Source: Pyrodictiaceae archaeon
GTDB lineage: Archaea > Thermoproteota > Thermoprotei_A > Sulfolobales > Pyrodictiaceae
Assembly (NCBI GenBank): GCA_026986935.1
Contig: JALSNP010000062.1
Span: 1-33,064 of the forward strand
Length of the DNA: 33,064 bases
Direction of reading: 5' to 3'
Shown here: positions 26,722 to 33,064 of the stretch, in pieces
Numbering within the stretch: position 1 is the stretch's first letter
Layout: each line of letters opens with the position of its first letter
Position numbers and translations under genes: made by a program
The notes under the pieces: generated by a model
Databases searched by the model: none
Told to the model about the DNA's origin: nothing
What the model saw: only the letters and a program-made list of their open reading frames with translations

Positions 26722-28140
26722 CTATTTTTGGCTAGCTAGTCTTTTTGCTTCTTCAAGGGCCTTCTCATACATTGCTGCGGTTATGATGCCTTTTCTAAAG
26801 ATTTGATCAAGTAAATCTTGGTCTATTATCTGGGTTTCTCCCTGTGGGTTTTTGATAACGTCTATTTCTAGGTCTAGGTACATTATTCCCTCCTCGGTGA
26901 GCTCTGGTGGCGTGTTTATGTTTATGTAGACCCCTTTTAGTTCTCCATTTGCGGAGTAGTATGTGTGTCTTATTACCCACTCCTTGGTGTTGATCTCCGT
27001 TATTATGCGGTCCCCGGGTTCTTTCTCTATGTTTAGCCCGTCGTATACACCTTTACTATGTATTATCCGTTCAAGGATCATTATAATACTATCCCGGTCT
27101 CTATATATGTTTTTCAACCTTGCATTACCAAGCTCTATTATTTCCGCGCTTGGCTTTATGTGAAGGATTTTTATGCGGTGTTTTTGCCTATAGTGCTCCA
27201 TTATGGTGTCTGTGAGAGCTTCTACAAGCGCGTCCTCGCTTACGCCTCTCTGCTTCAACTTCTCAGCGTAGTCAACAATGGCTGAGAATGAGGGGAGATT
27301 ACTTTTTACCGAGTGATGAAGTCTTATTGTTGGAGTTACTTCGTCGCGTACGCGGTCTAAATACTCTTTGTCAACACTGCTTAGCCTTGCTAGGGCTACG
27401 AGTTCTCCCTTACTATATTGTTTCCCAGCGTCCCCGTGCTCGGCCTCATGTTTTATCCTCTCAAGAGACCTTATTAGCTCCTCTAAATGTTTTCGAAGAG
27501 TTTCTTCATCGGCGAACTGGCTGCTGCTACGCCAATGAACGCTAAGCCCCTTTGACGTAGCTATCGAGGCTAGGGCTACTAGTTCTGCCTTCTTAGCAGT
27601 ATTCCTCACGTGCTCGCTTACCGTGACCCGCGGCTTCTCAGCGGCCTCGTAGACTATGGCATAATCCCCTATTATGCGCGCCCCAGGGACCAGTCTAGGT
27701 TTCTCATAAGGTTTTACACCGGGTCTTACCACTGACGCCACGAGTTGCTCGTTCTCCCTACAATTCGTGGCTAAGAGTTCTGCCTCGATGCCTCCAGCAT
27801 CCACGATACATGTGTTTTCATCTCTCCTTATTACTAGTACTTTGATAGTGCTGTGTAACGCTAGGGGCGAAACCCAGTAGAAGGAGTATTTAAGATGTCT
27901 TTGTAGAGCCGAAAGAACCCTATCAGCTTTCCCCTCGTAACCTATTACTAGTACCTCGTTGGGGTCGCGGTCATTTGTCTTTATAGTTACATCGGCTGGT
28001 AGTTTTAGGTCAGGTAGTTTGAATCTCTCAGCTATTATGCGAGAGGGTTGAACTATTTGGAACCCCTCGTCTAGGGCTATCTTTGTCAGCGCGGTCGCGT
28101 ATATGCCCCTGATCCTGACCCTGATTAATGATTGTTGCAC
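26722..28140 (-). CDS. fau-1: FAU-1 RNA-binding ribonuclease (RNase G-like N-terminus plus DUF402)
   Basis: VRIRGIYATALT, WRSS, G.YDGL, Y.NINTPPE, YLDLEIDV; likely GTG start at 28140. Confidence 0.92.
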   Translation of the reverse strand: MQQSLIRVRIRGIYATALTKIALDEGFQIVQPSRIIAERFKLPDLKLPADVTIKTNDRDPNEVLVIGYEGKADRVLSALQRHLKYSFYWVSPLALHSTIKVLVIRRDENTCIVDAGGIEAELLATNCRENEQLVASVVRPGVKPYEKPRLVPGARIIGDYAIVYEAAEKPRVTVSEHVRNTAKKAELVALASIATSKGLSVHWRSSSQFADEETLRKHLEELIRSLERIKHEAEHGDAGKQYSKGELVALARLSSVDKEYLDRVRDEVTPTIRLHHSVKSNLPSFSAIVDYAEKLKQRGVSEDALVEALTDTIMEHYRQKHRIKILHIKPSAEIIELGNARLKNIYRDRDSIIMILERIIHSKGVYDGLNIEKEPGDRIITEINTKEWVIRHTYYSANGELKGVYININTPPELTEEGIMYLDLEIDVIKNPQGETQIIDQDLLDQIFRKGIITAAMYEKALEEAKRLASQK

Positions 28141-28279
28141 GTTGGTCCCCCATCTAGTATGGGGCACGTATATTTGTCGACGTCTTATTTCTATGGCGTG
28201 ATGGGTAAGCGATAGTGGTAACCATTTCGTATCTACGCGTAATTACTTGTTAGCATGTTTTTGGAAAAATGATGTGTGT

Positions 28280-28882
28280 TCATTGTTTGATGGCTTTTCT
28301 GGCTAGCTCGGCGCCGTTATGAAGGGCGGCAATGTTTTGTCGCGCTGCCTTACCTAGTACGCTCTGTATAGCTTTCTCGGCTGAACTCATATCTATATAG
28401 TCTCTGAACGCCCCAGCCTCTATCGCGGCGCCTAGGAGCATCATGTTGGCTACGCGTACATCTCCTGTCTCAAGCGCTTTCTGAGTCGCAGGTATAATGA
28501 CTAGGGAGCCTGCTCTCTCCTTAATGGTTGAGACTAGTTCATCTGTGCTTGGAACCTTTATGCCTGGGAGCGGTGGTGGAACCAGGTAATCGTTTACTAC
28601 TGCTATAGAGTCCCTTGCTAAGTAATGAGAATACCTCGCGGCCTCTATGAGCTCCATCGATAATAGTACATGTGCTGCACCGGGCGGTATGAGAGGAGCG
28701 TCCGCGTTACCTAGCCTCACATGCACTATGACTGTTCCTCCTCTCTGGCTAAGCCCATGGGTCTCAGCGACTATCGCGTTGATGCCGCGTATGAGAGCGG
28801 CCTCAGCTATCACTCGTGCTAGTGTTATTTGTCCCTGCCCCCCTACTCCCGTGACTACTATGTTCAATGCATCTTTTTGCAT
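28280..28882 (-). CDS. iorB: Indolepyruvate:ferredoxin oxidoreductase beta subunit
   Basis: GVGGQG, ETHGLSQRGG.V, E..EA.R, NM.LLGA. Confidence 0.95.
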   Translation of the reverse strand: MQKDALNIVVTGVGGQGQITLARVIAEAALIRGINAIVAETHGLSQRGGTVIVHVRLGNADAPLIPPGAAHVLLSMELIEAARYSHYLARDSIAVVNDYLVPPPLPGIKVPSTDELVSTIKERAGSLVIIPATQKALETGDVRVANMMLLGAAIEAGAFRDYIDMSSAEKAIQSVLGKAARQNIAALHNGAELARKAIKQ

Positions 28883-28895
28883 AGTCTATCACCTC

Positions 28896-30848
28896 TTATT
28901 GCTCTGGTTTAGCGGTTCTCATGATCTTAAACCATTCAGGGTTAAGCTCACTTACTGGCTCGAACGCGTTGAATGGACAGATTTGTGCACAGACACCGCA
29001 TCCCGTGCAGAGCGCTGGATCTATCTCGGCCTTCCTGTCTTCTCTACGAAGTATCGCGGGGCAGTTGAACACTGTATAGCAGATTCCGCAGCCAGTGCAT
29101 TTATCTATGTTCACTCGGTAAATTACTGGCTTTATGCCTCTGCGATACGCTGCCCGTAGCGCGACAAGTATACATGCTCCCTTAGCTATCAGGACGGCTG
29201 GTTTCTTTTCCTCTTTGACGTACCTGAGCGCCTCTAGTAGCTTTGCCTCAGAGTCCTTGACATCGAACGGGTCCGCTACAAGAACCTTCCCTACCCCAAC
29301 TCCGCGTGCAACACTCTCAATGCTCATCGCGTAGCCTGGTTCACCTATCGCCCTTATCCCGGTACCTGGGTGCGGCTGGTGCCCAGTCATCGCAGTAGTA
29401 TGGTTATCTAGTACTATGACGAGTAACGGCGCGTTGTTGTAGACGGCGTTGAGCAGTGGTGTTATACCGCTATGGAAGAAGGTAGAGTCGCCTATGATGG
29501 CTATGGTTATATCGCTGTCTCCGCGAAGTACGTGCGCGAAGCCGTTACCAGCGCCTATGCTTCCCCCCATCTCTATTATAGTATCCTGTACATGGAATGG
29601 TGGTAACACTCCGAGACTGTAGCAGCCGATATCACCGCTATAGACTGGTTTCAGTCTCAGCTTGTTGACGGCTCGTCGTAGCGCGTAGAAGAAGCCGCGA
29701 TAGGGGCACCCGGGGCACAGTACTGGCGGTCTTGGTGGCAGCTTTTCTTCGACGCTTGTAGGCGGGTCTACGGCCCATTTAGGCGGCTCCTTGCCCACTA
29801 GCTTGCTCAGCGCGTTGACAACTTTCTCCAGTCCTAGCTCCCCGTAGCGCGGTAATAGGTTGTCGCGTTTACCCAGTATTCTTGCTCTAAGGCCCTCCTC
29901 TTGGGCTATCGTCTTGAGCTGGATTTCAGCGACCGGGTCCCCCTCCTCGACGACGAGTACTGTGTCGTGGCCCAGTATCTTCTCCGCCATAGGCCTGGGG
30001 AATGGCACGCTTGTGGCTATTTTATAAACCGTTACATCGTCTTCAACACCTAGGATGCGTGCAGCTTCCCTAGCGTAGCGATACCCAAGCCCTACCCCGA
30101 CTATAGCGAGCGAGCCGCTGCCCTCAGTCCCGTTAAGAGGAAAGCTAGCCAGTTCGACTGATATCTTGTCCCAGAACTCTAGTAGCTCTACTCTCTTCCT
30201 CCTCGCATACTGTGGCACAAGGGTCCAGCGCGAGGGATCCTTGTGGAACTCGCCTCTAGGCTCAAGCCGATCCACTGGTATCTCGCCAGTATCCACGGGC
30301 ACTCTTGTATGTGCGATCCTTGTGGTCGTTCTCAGAATGAATGGTCTCTTGTACTTCTCGCTATACAGGAGGGCTAGCTTCGCGGCCTCCTTTGCATCCT
30401 GTGGACCCGTTGGCTCTACTACTGGTATATAGGCATGCAACCCGTACCAACGATTATCTTGCTCGTTTTGGCTACTCCACATCCAGGGATCATCGGCTGA
30501 GACCACTACGAGCGCGCCATCAACGCCTAGATAGGCGCTGCTAAAGAAGGGATCAGCGGCCACATTTAGCCCGACATGCTTCATCGCAGCCATTGACCTA
30601 GCGCCGGCGATTGCTGCCCCAAGAGCAGCCTCGAGCGCCACCTTCTCGTTAACGCTCCACTCGACGTACGGTTTTCCACCCAGCAACTTGGCAGCCGTTG
30701 AGAGAGCCTCTACGATCTCTGTGCTAGGGGTCCCGGGATAAGCGGCAGCAAATTGTAGCCCTGCTTCTAGGAAGCCACGAGCTATGGCAACGTTGCCTAG
30801 CATTATCACGCGTTTCCCGGGGGGTGAGAGAACCTCTCTATGAGCCAA
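28896..30848 (-). CDS. iorA: Indolepyruvate:ferredoxin oxidoreductase alpha subunit
   Basis: YPGTPSTE, NEKVALE, MKHVGLN, SSQNEQD, CPGCP, GDIGCY, GDSTFFH, two CxxCxxC ferredoxin motifs. Confidence 0.97.
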   Translation of the reverse strand: MAHREVLSPPGKRVIMLGNVAIARGFLEAGLQFAAAYPGTPSTEIVEALSTAAKLLGGKPYVEWSVNEKVALEAALGAAIAGARSMAAMKHVGLNVAADPFFSSAYLGVDGALVVVSADDPWMWSSQNEQDNRWYGLHAYIPVVEPTGPQDAKEAAKLALLYSEKYKRPFILRTTTRIAHTRVPVDTGEIPVDRLEPRGEFHKDPSRWTLVPQYARRKRVELLEFWDKISVELASFPLNGTEGSGSLAIVGVGLGYRYAREAARILGVEDDVTVYKIATSVPFPRPMAEKILGHDTVLVVEEGDPVAEIQLKTIAQEEGLRARILGKRDNLLPRYGELGLEKVVNALSKLVGKEPPKWAVDPPTSVEEKLPPRPPVLCPGCPYRGFFYALRRAVNKLRLKPVYSGDIGCYSLGVLPPFHVQDTIIEMGGSIGAGNGFAHVLRGDSDITIAIIGDSTFFHSGITPLLNAVYNNAPLLVIVLDNHTTAMTGHQPHPGTGIRAIGEPGYAMSIESVARGVGVGKVLVADPFDVKDSEAKLLEALRYVKEEKKPAVLIAKGACILVALRAAYRRGIKPVIYRVNIDKCTGCGICYTVFNCPAILRREDRKAEIDPALCTGCGVCAQICPFNAFEPVSELNPEWFKIMRTAKPEQ

Positions 30849-31007
30849 AACAATCAGTCCTCGCGTAAGGAGTCCTCAAGCTAAATAGGGGCAAAGGGTA
30901 ACGGATAAGTATCACGATAGTTAGTGTTCTAACGAGACCCTCCAAGGCCCTTGATTATAAGGGAGTGTGGGCAAGCCGGGTATAGCTACTAAGGCTCATG
31001 GCCAGAG

Positions 31008-31850
31008 CTAGGCTATGGCTTCACCGCTTTGCCGAGCCGGGGCCTCAGCACCACTAATTACCCCTGCTTTCTCAGTCTCCTCCGCCTCTTCCTCCTCCAC
31101 TATCTCCCTAATCTTATGCCTGGCAACAGCTATTGCGTGCTCCAAGTCTCCACGCGGCCCCCTTATGCGCTCCGGCAGCTTCTCCAGCACCTCTTCGGGG
31201 CCGTAGCATACTAGGCGATCACCAGCACGTATCCTGAAATCCGGGCGGGGCGCACCGATATAGATCTCGCCCTGCGGCGTCGGCCTATAGACCCCCAGGA
31301 CCATTACTCCCTCCTCCCGTAGCTTAGCCTCCTTAAGGGTCTTTCCATCAAGCCAGCACCCCGGCTTAACACGTATTATGGATATACCGTAGCCACGGCT
31401 TAGCCCTAGCACGTGCTCATAATCAATTATTTTTAAACGAGTCCAGCGAGTACTAGCCCACTCAATAAACTTCCCAAGAAGCTTGTCGAGAAGATGCGAG
31501 CGCGAGAACAGGTAAAGCGCGCCAAGCCCAACAAATAGGCCCAAACCGTTGGTAGCCATCTCGGCCGGGGTATTACCCACGAATGTTAGTATAAGTGAAG
31601 CTATAGCAGATGTCAGGCCAGCACTACCCAGGAGCATTAACCACTTAATTATCCTCCTCCTAACCGGGTGATTAACAACATACTCTGCCTCGGAGGTAGT
31701 AAACCCTACGCCAGTAAACGCTGAAAGCGCCTGAAACGCCGCAATATCGTGGCTCAGCCCCGTCTTCTCCAACGCCTTGGTACCGATACGCACAACTATC
31801 ATCGAGAACAGCACGACCAGTAGAAACGTCACAAGCGGCGCCGGGAACAT
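31008..31850 (-). CDS. Membrane protein with a pore-loop-like segment and TrkA-C (RCK-C) domain
   Basis: Hydrophobic helices, FQALSAFTGVGFTTSEAE, GKTLKE..L...GV.VLG..R, I.AGD.L..YG. Confidence 0.85.
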   Translation of the reverse strand: MFPAPLVTFLLVVLFSMIVVRIGTKALEKTGLSHDIAAFQALSAFTGVGFTTSEAEYVVNHPVRRRIIKWLMLLGSAGLTSAIASLILTFVGNTPAEMATNGLGLFVGLGALYLFSRSHLLDKLLGKFIEWASTRWTRLKIIDYEHVLGLSRGYGISIIRVKPGCWLDGKTLKEAKLREEGVMVLGVYRPTPQGEIYIGAPRPDFRIRAGDRLVCYGPEEVLEKLPERIRGPRGDLEHAIAVARHKIREIVEEEEAEETEKAGVISGAEAPARQSGEAIA

Positions 31851-31988
31851 GGCTCACCAAAGCCTACTACACTCCCAGCTACACAGCCCCCTTTATATAC
31901 CCAGCACAGTGTACCCGAGATACATACCACTAATACACAAGACTAGAATACCCAAAAAGAGCCCAGCCTAATACATGGTTAAAGAGTT

Positions 31989-32552
31989 TTGAAAACAATC
32001 ATCCCAGTACTAGTAGTAATAACGGCAGCCCTGATAAGCGCCACAGCAATGTGGATGGAAACACTCGGGGTAAACGGGATAATAAAAACAGGAAGCTATG
32101 ACCCAGCCATAATAGCTACAAAACTAATAACAACACACCATGGCTGCAACTGCTGCAACAACAATAACAACCTATACATAGATCCACAAAAACCACTAAC
32201 ACTATACGCCCATATCAAAAAACACGCAGCACACAAGCCAATATGGATAGGAATAATGCTAACAAACAAAGGCACAATACCATACCGCGTCAAATCAATC
32301 AAAATCAACACAACCAATAGCACAATATACGTATACGGCCCATACACAACTCAAACACCTCCCCCACTATGGAGCAACGCGTCACCAGAAACCCTACCCT
32401 ACCCAGGCACCGCCTCGACACCAAGCAAACCACTAGACCAATCATCAATACTAATAATATGGGTAAAACTAACGCCCCCAACACGACACGGACACTGCAA
32501 CAAAACAATAACCTACGAAATCAACATAGAAACAACACCATTCAATACATAA
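31989..32552 (+). CDS. Secreted protein, TasA/archaeal bundling pilin (AbpA)-like
   Basis: Signal peptide MKTIIPVLVVITAALISATA followed by MW.ETL...G.I.TG, typical of SipW-class/TasA-like N-termini; later N.GTIP motif and a C-terminal Y.I.I beta strand. Confidence 0.6.
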   Translation: MKTIIPVLVVITAALISATAMWMETLGVNGIIKTGSYDPAIIATKLITTHHGCNCCNNNNNLYIDPQKPLTLYAHIKKHAAHKPIWIGIMLTNKGTIPYRVKSIKINTTNSTIYVYGPYTTQTPPPLWSNASPETLPYPGTASTPSKPLDQSSILIIWVKLTPPTRHGHCNKTITYEINIETTPFNT

Positions 32553-32613
32553 AACCCAGTGTTAACAAAACAAGGGAGAAAAGCCTTAAACAGGACAACC
32601 AGAGCGATAACAC

Positions 32614-32622
32614 AGTATAAAC
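32614..32622 (+). promoter_or_regulatory. Putative TATA box of tRNA-Pro
   Basis: AGTATAAAC about 25 nt upstream of the tRNA 5' end. Confidence 0.5.
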
Positions 32623-32639
32623 GGAGCCCTCCCCTAGGA

Positions 32640-32716
32640 GGGGCCGTCGTCTAGCTTGGCAGGATGCGGGGCTTGGGCCCCCGTGGTCCGGGGTTCAAAT
32701 CCCCGCGGCCCCACCA
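32640..32716 (+). tRNA. tRNA-Pro(TGG), intronless, CCA encoded
   Basis: GGGGCCG/CGGCCCC acceptor stem, CGGGG-CTTGGGC-CCCCG anticodon arm, GGTTCAAATCC. Confidence 0.98.
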
Positions 32717-32938
32717 AATAAATTTATATGAGTCTTTATGCACCTTTACTCGGTAGATTACATTATTGTATTACTATTGCTTAGCTTATATATCGGAGTT
32801 CATAATTAAATTCATAAATGAATTAACTATAGAGTGAAAGGTTGGGCTTTAGTTTACAGACAGAATGCTATTTAATCATAGCCTATTTCTACATGAGAGA
32901 CTACATGAAAAGTAATGGTTCATAGTTTTAAGGAGAAT

Positions 32939-33064
32939 TCATGGTATTGTCATTAACCATGGTATTCGTTTAAAGTCTTCATCTAGTGTAGCGATAGTTG
33001 TTATACCATAGTATCGGCAGGTAGCTGCTATTTGCGCATCAGTGGGTAAAAGCCTATACTTGAT
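32939..33064 (-). CDS. vapC: PIN-domain VapC toxin, C-terminal part (start lies beyond the right edge)
   Basis: Manual translation: IKYRLLPTDAQIAATCRYYGITTIATLDEDFKRIPWLMTIP*. Contains the LLP.DA.I.AT and T.D.DF PIN motifs. Not in the ORF track. Confidence 0.9.
   Translation of the reverse strand: MKYRLLPTDAQIAATCRYYGITTIATLDEDFKRIPWLMTIP

Noticed and set aside
26471-26735. Short ORFs 26471-26662 (-) and 26532-26735 (+)
   Set aside because: They overlap tRNA-Leu, and there is no integrase-fragment similarity.
32096-32620. Alternative ORFs 32096-32347, 32305-32508 and 32369-32620
   Set aside because: By-products of the A/C skew, which makes stop codons scarce; they overlap the signal-peptide gene.
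32625-32645. Hairpin GCCCTCC/GGAGGGGC overlapping the tRNA-Pro 5' end
   Set aside because: The 5' arm lies just after the TATA box and is probably not transcribed; short GC-rich pairing can arise by chance.
1-33064. CRISPR arrays, rRNA genes, tRNA introns, inteins, IS elements
   Set aside because: No regularly spaced repeats, rRNA sequence, interrupted tRNAs, oversized proteins or transposase motifs were seen by eye.

Overview
Window from a hyperthermophilic crenarchaeon. Gene content and style suggest Desulfurococcales, probably Pyrodictiaceae (inference). Most of it is conserved core genome. From 1.6 to 19.3 kb there is a + strand information-processing superoperon: aIF5A, SRP54, TrmY-like, Pus10, L21e, RpoF, DUF655, KsgA, HemK2, TrmJ, Trm14, L10e, Dph2, METTL5-like, Csl4, DUF2067, RpoL, TFS, then PCNA-PriS-Gins15-L44e-S27e-aIF2a-Nop10. 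This is followed by CarS plus a RadB-like ATPase on the - strand, divergent from a YqgF-like nuclease, a Clp1 kinase and three modified-mevalonate-pathway genes. Next come UPF0148/UPF0147, an aCcr1-like RHH regulator, tRNA-Leu, FAU-1, IorAB, a TrkA-C membrane protein and a TasA/bundling-pilin-like secreted protein. Both edges enter accessory DNA at tRNA 3' ends, with genes missing from the ORF track. On the left is an apparently unpartitioned HTH-tyrosine integrase next to tRNA-Asp, with a repeat-rich spacer. On the right is an AT-rich segment with a VapC toxin after tRNA-Pro. The best leads are the RadB-like/YqgF/Clp1 module, a degenerate TrmY, aCcr1-box-like motifs at the integrase, priS and the regulator itself, a K-turn-like leader before rpl44e, and a uORF with alternative helices before UPF0147. 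No database searches were run; all calls come from motif recognition and gene order.
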